Below are positions 48,164 through 57,470 of a stretch of DNA of 64,000 nucleotides, piece by piece (positions within the stretch are counted from its first letter, which is position 1; each line of letters opens with the position of its first letter). The stretch spans positions 219,750 to 283,749 of the forward strand of contig CAWHCO010000001.1 of NCBI GenBank assembly GCA_963827865.1, in the 5' to 3' direction. The notes under the pieces were generated by a model. It ran no database searches. It had not been told where the DNA came from and was given only the letters and a program-made list of their open reading frames with translations. The position numbers and the translations under genes are program-made. Origin of the DNA: an uncultured bacterium (lineage in GTDB: Bacteria; Actinomycetota; Acidimicrobiia; Spongiisociales; UBA4744).

Positions 48164-49326
48164 CGCTCTACGAACTCGATCGTGAGCACACCGCCGCCGA
48201 GACGGGCGCCGGCGACTTGGCGTCGTTGCAGTGAGTCTGGCAGCACGAACGACCGGCGGTAGGAACCAACCGTCACGTACACCTCGTTGCCGTCCCGCAT
48301 GACATCGATGTCTCCGCTCGCAGCGAACGGGAGTGAGAGTTCGAGACGAACGGTACCCTCGCCCTCGACGACCTTGAACGGCCGCTCGCCGGCGTACGAC
48401 AGCACCGGGTCCGTGTCCCCGTACAGCTCCTGTCCGAGTGCCCGCAACCGCTGCTCCCCCACCATCTCGTCGTCGAAGAGACGCAGTCGGAGCACGGGCA
48501 CGTCGGCGAAGGAATCGTTGATCGTTCTCAGGTGCTCGGCCTGGATTTCTCTCCACCGCTCGAAGTAGGGATCGTCGACCGCGTCCGGCAGCACCCTGTT
48601 CACGATGACACCGTCGACGGCGTAGCCGAAGAGTGTCAGGTACGTATACGTGCGGCGAGCCTCGTTCACAACCATGCGTTCGGGATTGACGACCAGGCGT
48701 GCAGAGGTGACCTTGGTATCGAGGAGCAGGGTTCGCGCCCGCTCGATGCTGGTGAACACGTTTTCTGCGGCGTCGTACACGGCTTCGCCCGGCAGGGGCA
48801 GATCGGTGACCCTGCTCAACACGGGCCTCGCCGCTCGCATCAGCCGACGCTGTGTGAAGAACATCTTGTCGAAGTACCAGGACAGCACCTCGGGGAGGGA
48901 AAGCAGGCGGAGTGTCTCGGCCGTCGGGGCACAGTCGACCACGACTACGTCGTACCGACCCGAGATCGCCTGTGCTCTCACCTCGATGAGAGCGAACAGC
49001 TCGTCCATGCCGGGGAACACGAGGAACTCCTCCGCCTCGATGCCTCGCACACCTCCCCAGTCGAAGATCGCCATCAACTGGTTGCGGATCTCGCCCCAGT
49101 ACGACTCGAGTCGCTTCTGTGTATCGATCTGTTGTGCGTCGAGACCGGCCACCACCTGTCGCGGTTCGTCACCGAGCGGCACATCGAATGCGTCCCCCAG
49201 ACTGTGCGCCGGATCGGTGGACACGACGAGCGACCTGTAGCCGAGGTCGGTGGCGCGCAGAGCGGTGGCCGCAGACACGGTTGTCTTGCCGACGCCACCC
49301 TTGCCGGTGACGAGCACGATCCGCAT
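48160..49326 (-). CDS. ArsA/Get3-like P-loop ATPase with C-terminal HSP20-like domain
   Basis: Starts MRIVLVTGKGGVGKTTVSAA; also VSTDPAHSLGDAF, a variant signature VVVDCAPTAETLRLL, and a beta-sandwich-like tail. ATG 49326 shares one base with the upstream TGA. Confidence 0.85.
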   Translation of the reverse strand: MRIVLVTGKGGVGKTTVSAATALRATDLGYRSLVVSTDPAHSLGDAFDVPLGDEPRQVVAGLDAQQIDTQKRLESYWGEIRNQLMAIFDWGGVRGIEAEEFLVFPGMDELFALIEVRAQAISGRYDVVVVDCAPTAETLRLLSLPEVLSWYFDKMFFTQRRLMRAARPVLSRVTDLPLPGEAVYDAAENVFTSIERARTLLLDTKVTSARLVVNPERMVVNEARRTYTYLTLFGYAVDGVIVNRVLPDAVDDPYFERWREIQAEHLRTINDSFADVPVLRLRLFDDEMVGEQRLRALGQELYGDTDPVLSYAGERPFKVVEGEGTVRLELSLPFAASGDIDVMRDGNEVYVTVGSYRRSFVLPDSLQRRQVAGARLGGGVLTIEFVER

Positions 49327-49772
49327 CAGTCGGACCCGACTTGCCGCACCCGCTTTCGCAACCCTCGCAGCGCCGTGGATACGAGCTGCTTCTCCGCTTG
49401 ATGCCGCAGGAAGCCGGGAAGCGGAAACGCGTAGTCGACTCGGAGCGCGTAGACCACGTCGGTGCCGCCCCCCTCGAGGTCGCTCAACTCGTACGAGCCG
49501 ACCATCTCCCGAATGTCCTCTCCCGGGTCCGCGACCCACGACATGAGCTTGGGGCGTTTGAACTCATAAGTGAGGACGTAGGAAATCACCTTGACCATGG
49601 CGTCCACTTCGAAACTCACCCGTGCAGGCATATCGTCGGCGTCGCGCTCGATGACGTTCACAGAACGCATCGCCGTGATCCATTCGGGGTAGCGCTCCAG
49701 GTCTGCGAGCACGTCGAAAATGGCTTCGGCGGATGCAGGAATCTCGATACTCTGAACGGTGCCTTCGCTCAC
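49326..49772 (-). CDS. SRPBCC (START/cyclase-dehydrase fold) family protein
   Basis: 148 aa. Contains SIEIPASAEAIFDVLADLERYPEWI, typical of polyketide_cyc2-type domains. GTGA overlap upstream. Confidence 0.75.
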   Translation of the reverse strand: MSEGTVQSIEIPASAEAIFDVLADLERYPEWITAMRSVNVIERDADDMPARVSFEVDAMVKVISYVLTYEFKRPKLMSWVADPGEDIREMVGSYELSDLEGGGTDVVYALRVDYAFPLPGFLRHQAEKQLVSTALRGLRKRVRQVGSD

Positions 49773-50566
49773 TCTCGCTCCCTGTTGGCCCTAGCGTAGC
49801 TCGTGCGATCGACGTGCCGAACCGCCCGACGGGTTGCCCGGAAGTACCCGACGTTCATGCACACGGTTGCACCGACCCTCCATCGGGATGCCTGCGGCTG
49901 GTGGACGTCACCGAAGTAGTGATAGCGAGGCCGGTGCCGGACGAGGTACTCCATCAGTACCTGAGACCCACTCTCGAGTCGGCCGGTGATGACGTCACGT
50001 CGAAGCGCCGGAACGGCCGGTGGAAGATGCGTGCACAGGATATCCACCGGCCCGAGGTTGCGCAGCTTGTCTGCGAGTTCCACCTCGGAGACCTCGCCGG
50101 GAACGCCGAGTGGGGTTGGTGCCCCTCCACCTACCAGACCGACGACGATCCCTTCGAGTTCGAAAGCTTCGCCGTCCACGTACCTGACCCCTGCCGGCAG
50201 GGAACGCTTCAGCAGCGCAGGCCAGTCCACGTTCCCGAACGTGGCAAAGCCACGCGCGCCGGTGAGGGCAGACGACAGCTGCGCGTACTGCTGTTCCACG
50301 GCGGCCCTGATCCCATCACGGATCTGTTCGTTTCCTGATCCGAATCGATCCCTCCATAGACGTCGCGATCCCGCGTAGTCGCCATTCGCCCTGAGCTTCG
50401 CTGCCTCTCCGACGAACTCATGACCGAGAACGTCGGCGAGGATCCCGTCGTTGGTGCGGTAGTCGACGAAGTTGACGAAGTCGCCCAGCATCACGAGGGG
50501 TTCTCCCTCCTGCGCGACTCGAGCCAGGTCGCGAAACGCCCCATGCACGTCGGAGACGAGCAGCAT
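49769..50566 (-). CDS. metallophosphoesterase family protein
   Basis: Contains MLLVSDVHG, LGDFVN, FGNVDW, CTHLPP and FGDVHQP. The ORF-track N-terminal extension overlaps the upstream gene. Confidence 0.8.
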   Translation of the reverse strand: MLLVSDVHGAFRDLARVAQEGEPLVMLGDFVNFVDYRTNDGILADVLGHEFVGEAAKLRANGDYAGSRRLWRDRFGSGNEQIRDGIRAAVEQQYAQLSSALTGARGFATFGNVDWPALLKRSLPAGVRYVDGEAFELEGIVVGLVGGGAPTPLGVPGEVSEVELADKLRNLGPVDILCTHLPPAVPALRRDVITGRLESGSQVLMEYLVRHRPRYHYFGDVHQPQASRWRVGATVCMNVGYFRATRRAVRHVDRTSYARANRERE

Positions 50567-50808
50567 CAGGCTCTGCCGACGTACCAGGCGACTACGACGG
50601 CCGCGAACACCCCGGCGCCCAGAGCCCCAAGCGACGGCCATCCGGCGTACGAGGTCGACAGCCCACCCATACCGAAGGCGATCAACCCACCGACGATCCG
50701 CCGCGTGGCCATGTGTTCGTTGACGCCGCCCGGAACGAAGGTCCCGATCACCCACACGACCAACGCCACAAAACCGACGGTGAGCGCGATGCCATAGACG
50801 AGGTTCAT
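50566..50808 (-). CDS. small hydrophobic membrane protein (80 aa, 2-3 TM), hypothetical
   Basis: Gly/Ala/Val-rich TM segments. ATGA overlap upstream and a one-base overlap downstream. Confidence 0.55.
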   Translation of the reverse strand: MNLVYGIALTVGFVALVVWVIGTFVPGGVNEHMATRRIVGGLIAFGMGGLSTSYAGWPSLGALGAGVFAAVVVAWYVGRA

Positions 50809-51446
50809 TGGCCCCTCCTCGCGGAAACGGCAGCGGCAACGAGAACGATGAACATGACTGCCATGATCACCGTCAGCACCCGAGGGCGGAGCAGCACCTC
50901 ATCGGGTTCGTTTCGAGCCCATCGGTAAGCATCCAGAGCGCCCGCGACCCATACCCCGCCCCCCATCAGCGCCAGGGCAAGGCCGGCAAGCATCACTCTG
51001 TGCACCATCAGGACGATCCCCAGGGCGATCCCGATGAGGGTGAGCGCCCCAACCGACATGCCGAGCAGCGGCTGGCGTGCAAACACATGACCGAGGCCGG
51101 GCGCGACAAGCCCGCGAATCAACGCCTTGCCAGGGTCCCTGGGTTCGGGTGGCGCCTCCTTGAACGCATCGAAGATCGTCGACCCGCATGTCGAGCAGGT
51201 GGACTCGGCGAGAGGATTCACACGTCCACACACGCCACACGTCCACGACCCCCTACCGACTCGGGGTTTGTCTGGCAGAGGAAGATCCAGCTGCATCTGC
51301 GGGTCGTTCACGGTTCCGGTGTCGACCGGACCGGCTACTGCCGGCGGTTCGGTCGTTTCCCCGAGCGGGTGATAGCACTGGCCGCACCAGAGCGCACCCA
51401 ACGCGTTCCGTGCTCCACAGTCGGGACAGATGACGTGCGTCGACAT
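50805..51446 (-). CDS. double zinc-ribbon membrane protein, hypothetical
   Basis: Two CxxC...CxxC ribbons (CPDCGARNALGALWCGQC and CGVCGRVNPLAESTCSTC), then three predicted TM helices. ATG 51446. Confidence 0.7.
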   Translation of the reverse strand: MSTHVICPDCGARNALGALWCGQCYHPLGETTEPPAVAGPVDTGTVNDPQMQLDLPLPDKPRVGRGSWTCGVCGRVNPLAESTCSTCGSTIFDAFKEAPPEPRDPGKALIRGLVAPGLGHVFARQPLLGMSVGALTLIGIALGIVLMVHRVMLAGLALALMGGGVWVAGALDAYRWARNEPDEVLLRPRVLTVIMAVMFIVLVAAAVSARRGQ

Positions 51447-51451
51447 CGGGG

Positions 51452-52555
51452 TCAGGGTACCTGGTCCCGGTTCTGCAGCGCAGTAAGGGCGATATGCACC
51501 TCCGTTCTCACGGCCTCGTCGTGCTCCCTGGATTCCGCCACTTCGAGAGAGGCACGACCGTGCCCGATCTGACCGAGTGCCCATGCTGCGTGGATACGGA
51601 GAAGTGGGTCCGGGTGTCCGAGGTAGCCCGAGAGAATCCCGGTAGTCCCGGGATCCCGGCTGTTCCCCAGTGCTACGAGCGCGTTCCGGCGCAGGTAGCG
51701 AGGGTCGCGTCTGGGGATGTAGAAGTGCTCGAAACGACCCATAAGGGTACGGTCTGCCGCCATCAGGATCTCGATCAGGTCGACGACTCCCCGACGCGAC
51801 ACGCCGGCGCGTCGAAGGGCCCGGCCGCCTGGGGGGCACGCCTCCAGGCAATCGTCGCACCCATAGATCCTGCTACCCATGACAGCACGAAATTCACGCG
51901 GGATGGCGCCCGGCGACTGGGCGATCGCTGCGAGGCATCGACGCGCATCCAGCGTTCCTGGCGCGATCAGCGCGTTGGTGGGGCATGCCGGAAGGCACGC
52001 CGTGCAGGAACCGCAGGAGCGAACCATCGGCGGAGTGGGATCCACAGGGGCATCGGTCACTACCGATCCGAGTAACACCCATGGTCCTGCCCCGGGCACC
52101 AACACCATCGTGTTCTTGCCCCACCAGCCGACACCGGCCCGTACTGCTGCAGCCCGATCCACGAGTCGGTTGTCATCGACGAGGGCGTCGGCACGCCACC
52201 CCTGCTCCCGAAGAAGAGTCGAGAGCTCCTCGAGAGCCTGACGAAGCGGATGGTAGGCATCGGCCACCGCGAATCTCGCGACCCTTCCTTCGTGATCACC
52301 CTGTACGGCCGGGGCCCGGATGTCGTACGGAACCGCACACGCGATGATGCGCTCTGCCCACGGGAAACTCGTACGAACGTCGGTTGCACGCTCAGGATTG
52401 GCGAAGGTGAAACGCAAGCCGGCCGAGAGCCCCGAGCGACTCCGCTGCCGGATTGCCTCTCTGGCATCATCGAACGGGTCGGCGGTGCACACTCCGAACC
52501 CGACCGCTCCGCGGGCGAGCATGAATGCACGCAGGTCTTTCGTCAGGCCGGACAC
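51452..52555 (-). CDS. queG: tRNA epoxyqueuosine(34) reductase
   Basis: 4Fe-4S motifs CGSCTACLPACPTNAL and CDDCLEACP, plus C-terminal HEAT-like repeats (NALVALGN, IHAAWALGQIG). GTG start. Confidence 0.85.
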   Translation of the reverse strand: MSGLTKDLRAFMLARGAVGFGVCTADPFDDAREAIRQRSRSGLSAGLRFTFANPERATDVRTSFPWAERIIACAVPYDIRAPAVQGDHEGRVARFAVADAYHPLRQALEELSTLLREQGWRADALVDDNRLVDRAAAVRAGVGWWGKNTMVLVPGAGPWVLLGSVVTDAPVDPTPPMVRSCGSCTACLPACPTNALIAPGTLDARRCLAAIAQSPGAIPREFRAVMGSRIYGCDDCLEACPPGGRALRRAGVSRRGVVDLIEILMAADRTLMGRFEHFYIPRRDPRYLRRNALVALGNSRDPGTTGILSGYLGHPDPLLRIHAAWALGQIGHGRASLEVAESREHDEAVRTEVHIALTALQNRDQVP

Positions 52556-52582
52556 CCGACCAGCGTAGACCCGCCGGTCGCC

Positions 52583-52774
52583 TCACCCGGTCGCCTCTCG
52601 ACGCACAAGCCGTAGCGGCGGGAGCAACCCCACGGACGCCATCCGACCCAGCGCTTCCGCCTCCTCGGCACCGATGTCCACGGGGCCCGCTGTTTCACGC
52701 AGCAGGTAGGTAACCACACAGTCCTTGCAGGCAGTCGAGTGCTGCATGGTGCATTCATCGCAACTGATTCGCAT
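52583..52774 (-). CDS. small Cys-rich protein (63 aa), putative zinc-binding
   Basis: Starts MRISCDECTMQHSTACKDCVVTYLL (CxxC-x7-CxxC). Strong GAGGAGG SD 5 nt upstream. Confidence 0.6.
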   Translation of the reverse strand: MRISCDECTMQHSTACKDCVVTYLLRETAGPVDIGAEEAEALGRMASVGLLPPLRLVRREATG

Positions 52775-52824
52775 GTGTCCTCCTCTTCTCATGCCGCCAC
52801 CATACGAAGGGGGTAGGACAGAAA

Positions 52825-52851
52825 ATGACCGTTCGCCAGGCGAACGGTCAT
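52825..52851 (-). terminator. rho-independent terminator after the NYN-domain gene (usable in both directions)
   Basis: ATGACCGTTCGC-cag-GCGAACGGTCAT, a perfect 12-bp stem. It is followed by TTTTCT on the minus strand and TTTGTTAT on the plus strand. Sits in an AT-richer gap. Confidence 0.65.
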
Positions 52852-52968
52852 TTGTTATCGGTTGTCGGTCATCGGTGGGGCACTCGCCCTGCAGGACGGC
52901 GCGCTCACACCACGCTCCTACCGAGGACTGAAGAATGAGAACTGATGACGGCGAGAGAAGCGAGCCTG

Positions 52969-54171
52969 CTACCTCTTGAACCACTCCCGGACGGCTTGGC
53001 TCCAAAGACACAGAGCACCCGGAGACCCTTCCCGCACCTCCCGGTCCGAACTCACAACGACCACATTGCCCTCCGTCGCCGCTGCCCGATCCATGATCTC
53101 GCGATCGGCGATCGTGCCCTCATCGGTGAATCGAACGTCGATGCCACCCGGACCAGGGCCGCTCTGCCCACCGCCCGTCAGGCCCGAGTCGTAGACGACT
53201 ACCAGCCGAACCGGTGCGTTGGCGAGCCGCCGGAGCCTGGCCAGCCGGTGATTGAGGTCGCCTCGGGCCAGCTGCGGCGTCCACAGATGAGCCAAGTTGT
53301 ACCCATCCACGATCATCACGAACGGTTCCGACTGACCCAAGAGCCACTCGACGGCCGCAGCGTCATCCGGACGCACCCCTGACGGAAGCGAGAGCCCAGA
53401 TGGCGAGTCGATGGCCTCCAGATGTTCGGGAACCGCGCGAACCGTTGCGGCGGCCGTCAGTTGGTCGAGCATCGAAGCGAGCGCCGCCGGGCTGCGGGAC
53501 GTCCACACGTCAGGCGGTGCAGGGAACGAGGCGTCGGCAGTTGCACGTCTCGCCCTCAGCAGCTCATCCTTGAGGAACGCCACTTTGTCGTCCAATTCGG
53601 CGAGATCGGCGCGAGCATCCGACAACGCACGCTGCAGCTCCTTGAATCTCGACTCGGCCGCGAGGCGGCTGACCCGCTCAGCCTTGGTCGCTTCCTGGAC
53701 TCTCGCCGTGATCTCGGCGCTCTCGCGTCGGGCTCTCCGTTCAGCCTCAACCTTCTCGCCGCGGGCCTTCTCGACGCGCTCTTTCTCGACCCCAAGTTGA
53801 TATTCGAGGTCGCGGACTTGTCTGGTCAGACGATCGACTTGTGACGCGAGATGCTGCTCGAACATCCCAGTCGCCATGACGTCGAGGATGCGCTCCCATC
53901 CGTCGGGACGGAGTAAGAACGCCGCAGATCCTGCGTCCTCCTCACTCGCCTCTGCGATCTCCGGCCAGTTCTCCACCGCCCGTTCTCGTAGCCACTCGTA
54001 GCGATCGAGATCACGAATGAGCGCGTTGGCCAGCGGAGGCGGGAGCTTGCGCGCCGCGGACGCCGCAACGGGTCGGAGCGACGCGGGCAGCTGGTCCTCG
54101 TCGAGGTCTCGCAACACCTTGCGAGCCGCGACGATGGCAGCTCCAAGCATGCGGGCTTCGTACGCCACCAT
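52969..54171 (-). CDS. coiled-coil protein with C-terminal NYN/YacP-like nuclease domain
   Basis: C-terminus FVMIVDGYNLAHLW...VRLVVVYDSG...VRFTDEGTIADREI...VVVVSSDREV. Central ~130 aa are heptad-rich (QVRDLEYQLGVEKERVEKARGEKVEAERRARRE). ATG 54171 lies directly after the tricorn stop. Confidence 0.75.
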   Translation of the reverse strand: MVAYEARMLGAAIVAARKVLRDLDEDQLPASLRPVAASAARKLPPPLANALIRDLDRYEWLRERAVENWPEIAEASEEDAGSAAFLLRPDGWERILDVMATGMFEQHLASQVDRLTRQVRDLEYQLGVEKERVEKARGEKVEAERRARRESAEITARVQEATKAERVSRLAAESRFKELQRALSDARADLAELDDKVAFLKDELLRARRATADASFPAPPDVWTSRSPAALASMLDQLTAAATVRAVPEHLEAIDSPSGLSLPSGVRPDDAAAVEWLLGQSEPFVMIVDGYNLAHLWTPQLARGDLNHRLARLRRLANAPVRLVVVYDSGLTGGGQSGPGPGGIDVRFTDEGTIADREIMDRAAATEGNVVVVSSDREVREGSPGALCLWSQAVREWFKR

Positions 54172-54173
54172 CG

Positions 54174-57100
54174 TCAGTCCGGCAATTTCGGCAGCATCCG
54201 GCTCGGAGGTTCCTCGAACTCGGGAATCGCAGGCTGCTCCTGATCGATGATGGCGATCACCTCTGCGATGGCACGATCCATCTGTGGGTCTCTGCCTGCC
54301 GTATGATCCTGCGGGGTGATCTCCACTTCGATGTCCGGAGCGGTGCCGTAGTTCTCGACACCCCATCCGACGTCCTCAAACCAGAAGGAGAACTCGGGCT
54401 GGGTCGTGATCGTGCCATCCACCAGCGCGTGGCGCGGCCAGATTCCGACAACCCCGCCCCAGGTGCGTGTACCGATCAGCGGTCCAAGCCCGAACAGCTT
54501 GAACGCGTGACTGAAGATGTCTCCATCTGATCCCGAGTACTCGTCGGTGAGCGCGACCATCGGACCCATTGGGGCATCTTCCGGGTACGACTCCGGCCGA
54601 CCGTAGCGCGTGACGTCGTAACCGATCCGTTTCCTCGTCAGCTTCTCGAGAAGCAGCTGTGAGACGTGACCTCCACGGTTGTTGCGGACATCGATGATGA
54701 GTCCCTCATGGTCGACCTCTGTGCCGAAGTATCGGTGGAACTCGGCGTACCCTCTCGGACCCATGTCGGGGATGTGCACATACCCGACCCGACCGTTCGT
54801 CTCGTCGTGAACCCGCCGGCGGTTCGCCTCCACCCAGTCGCGGTACCGAAGATCGAATTCGTTGCGGAGTGTATCGACCACGACGGTGCGCGCCTTGCGG
54901 CGCCCACGACGCACGAGCAGCTGCACGGGTCGACCGGCTCTGCCGACGAGTGTGGCGTATGGTGACGTCTCTCCGTCCACCTTCCGACCCTCCACGGCGA
55001 GGATCCGATCCCCCTCTTTCACATCGACACCTGGCGCAGCCAAGGGCGACGATGCTGCCGACAGCCACGAGTCGCCTCTCGGGATCCTCGTAACCTTCCA
55101 GCTCCGACCGTCGAACGCAAGATCGGCACCAAGGAAGCCTTGGAGCCACGCCGGTTCGGGCCGGTAGTCGCCGCCCAACTCGTATGCATGTGATGTCCCC
55201 AGTTCGCCTTGCGTCTCCCACATGAGGTCTGAGAATTCGGCTCGGGAACCAATCCGGTCGACGAGCGGAAGGTAGCGCTGGGCGATCTCTTCCCAGTCGA
55301 CCCCTGCCATGTCGGGACGCCAGTACTGATCCCTCTGGAGGCGCCAGGCTTCGTTGAACATTTGACGCCACTCGTCGCCTGGGACCACTTCGAGTTGGAT
55401 CCTGCCGAGTTCGACCCATCCCGACTCCCGGCCGGGTTCTCCCGGTTTTGGCTCGGTCTCCTTGAATCCGACCGGAACGACACGAAGCTTCTTGCCGACG
55501 CGAATCGCCGTGATCTTCCCGTCGGCGGACACTGAGAAGTCGGAGATGCCATCCATCAGCGGCTCGACCTTGTCCTGGGAGAAGTCGTACGCCTCGAGCT
55601 TGCCTTTGGGGGAAGGCTCAGTGTCGGTCCAGTTCACATCGAGGGTTCCTTCGATGGGACGCGAAGAGAACAGGACACGCTTCTGGGCGCCGACGACTCG
55701 CTCATACCGACCCTCAGGCACGGGGAATGCGACCACCCGGTCCTCGATCCCGTCGAGATCGATTTCGACCCGCGCGACCGCGTCCTCATCCTTCTTGTCG
55801 CCCTTGTCGTTCCCATTCGGTTCGCCGGGTGCCCGAGGTGTGCGCGCTGTCGGCGAGAACGGGGACTGCGTGTCGGCCGACAGTGTGAGGAGATGTGGGC
55901 GCATCCCTTTCGGGAACCCAATGTCGAAGTACATGCTGTCGTAGACCGGGTCATAGACGCGACGAGACACGAAGTACAGGTACTTGCCATCCGGATCGAA
56001 GGACGGGCCGGTATCCATGAAGTCCGGACGAGTCACCGGGTGGAGCGTCGCCTTGTCCGTGTCGTACAGGAAGAGTGAGCACGTTCGCCTGGTCGTGAAC
56101 GCGGCGAACGCAATCCATCGCCCGTCCGGTGACCAGACGGCACCCTGGATCCGCTGGAACGAGCTGTGATAGACCTCGGTCACCGACCCGGACGCGAGAT
56201 CGACGACCAGCACCTGTTGACGCTGGTTGGTCACGAGGACACGATCGGCACCCGCCGGGGCCGCGGCCAGCGTGGCTGGACGCCCGACATCAGCCTTCAC
56301 CACCTTCTCTCCGTCCTCGCCGAACACGAGGAGATCCTCATCGCCGTTCTGATCGGTGGTCGCGACCAGACGCGTACCATCCGGCGCCCACGACGCGAGC
56401 CGGTAGCGGACTCGGGACCCCTCCCCGTGAGCAACCGGCGCGCCTTCCCAGAGTGGCATCGACACGACCGACCCTCGAGCGGTGACGGCAATCGTGTGTC
56501 CTTTCGGATGAAGCGCGATGGTCTCGAGGTATCCGGCAGATGAGACGAACTTGCGGTTCCGGTGGCTGCGGGAACTCGGGATGCCAACGTCGAGCCGATG
56601 TCCTTCACCGGTTCGGGTGTTGTAGGCCCACAGGTCGGCTCCGGCGTGGTACACGACGGTGCGGCCATCGGTGGAAGCCCATCGGGCATATAGGCCGTCG
56701 TGGTTCGTGTGCCGTTCGATGTTTCTGCCCGTGGGAGTCACCGAGTAGAGGTTCCCGACTCCCTCATGATCGGACAGGAAGTAGATGCGCCTCCCGATCC
56801 ACATCGGGGACGCCAAGTTGCCTTCGAGGTCAACGAGTCTGGTGAACTCGCCGCTGCCCTCACGATCAACCCACAGCGTCCCCGCGAAACCGCCTCGGTA
56901 CCGCTTCCAGCGGGCAGGATCGTACGTGTTGCGGCCCAGCACCGTGCCGGGGCCATTCGGTTCGAACGCGATCGCCCTCGCGATACCCAGGTTCATCGGT
57001 TCCGTGCGGTGGCCGTCGGTCGTGTGCAGGTGCATCTGTCCGGTGAACGGCCGCTGGAAGTCCGACGCGACGATCACCCTGTCGCCGTCGGGAGTCCACC

Positions 57101-57380
57101 CGACGACTTGTGTCAGCGCACCCATCCACGTCATGCGTTGGAGGGGTCCCCCACCGACGTCCACGACGTACGCCTCGGGGTGCCCCTCGTCCTTGGAGGT
57201 GAACGCTACCTTGGTGCCGTCCGGCGAGAAGCGAGGAAAGGTGATGGTGCCGGGGCTCGCGGTCAACCTGCTCGCGCCTCCCCCTTCGAGCCCGACCGTC
57301 CAGAGGTCGTCTTCACTGACGAACACGATGGCGTCACCGTGAATCGTCGGGTGGCGGTAGTAGCCGGACGCGCTGGACAT
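54174..57380 (-). CDS. tricorn protease homolog (beta-propellers + PDZ + S41 peptidase)
   Basis: 1068 aa. Starts YYRHPTIHGDAIVFVSEDDLW; repeated propeller blades; C-terminal catalytic region LTDEYSGSDGDIFSHAFK. GAGGAG SD. Confidence 0.9.
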   Translation of the reverse strand: MSSASGYYRHPTIHGDAIVFVSEDDLWTVGLEGGGASRLTASPGTITFPRFSPDGTKVAFTSKDEGHPEAYVVDVGGGPLQRMTWMGALTQVVGWTPDGDRVIVASDFQRPFTGQMHLHTTDGHRTEPMNLGIARAIAFEPNGPGTVLGRNTYDPARWKRYRGGFAGTLWVDREGSGEFTRLVDLEGNLASPMWIGRRIYFLSDHEGVGNLYSVTPTGRNIERHTNHDGLYARWASTDGRTVVYHAGADLWAYNTRTGEGHRLDVGIPSSRSHRNRKFVSSAGYLETIALHPKGHTIAVTARGSVVSMPLWEGAPVAHGEGSRVRYRLASWAPDGTRLVATTDQNGDEDLLVFGEDGEKVVKADVGRPATLAAAPAGADRVLVTNQRQQVLVVDLASGSVTEVYHSSFQRIQGAVWSPDGRWIAFAAFTTRRTCSLFLYDTDKATLHPVTRPDFMDTGPSFDPDGKYLYFVSRRVYDPVYDSMYFDIGFPKGMRPHLLTLSADTQSPFSPTARTPRAPGEPNGNDKGDKKDEDAVARVEIDLDGIEDRVVAFPVPEGRYERVVGAQKRVLFSSRPIEGTLDVNWTDTEPSPKGKLEAYDFSQDKVEPLMDGISDFSVSADGKITAIRVGKKLRVVPVGFKETEPKPGEPGRESGWVELGRIQLEVVPGDEWRQMFNEAWRLQRDQYWRPDMAGVDWEEIAQRYLPLVDRIGSRAEFSDLMWETQGELGTSHAYELGGDYRPEPAWLQGFLGADLAFDGRSWKVTRIPRGDSWLSAASSPLAAPGVDVKEGDRILAVEGRKVDGETSPYATLVGRAGRPVQLLVRRGRRKARTVVVDTLRNEFDLRYRDWVEANRRRVHDETNGRVGYVHIPDMGPRGYAEFHRYFGTEVDHEGLIIDVRNNRGGHVSQLLLEKLTRKRIGYDVTRYGRPESYPEDAPMGPMVALTDEYSGSDGDIFSHAFKLFGLGPLIGTRTWGGVVGIWPRHALVDGTITTQPEFSFWFEDVGWGVENYGTAPDIEVEITPQDHTAGRDPQMDRAIAEVIAIIDQEQPAIPEFEEPPSRMLPKLPD

Positions 57381-57436
57381 ACAGTCTCCTCGGTCGAATT
57401 ATCCGATGCTACGCGAAACGGTCGATTGCGGAGGAA

Positions 57437-57464
57437 GCGCCCCGGGGTTTTGACCCCGGGGCGC
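57437..57464 (-). terminator. strong hairpin after the osmoprotectant ABC operon
   Basis: GCGCCCCGGGG-ttttga-CCCCGGGGCGC, a perfect 11-bp stem 7 nt after the stop. No clear U tract. Confidence 0.55.
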
Positions 57465-57470
57465 TCTGGG

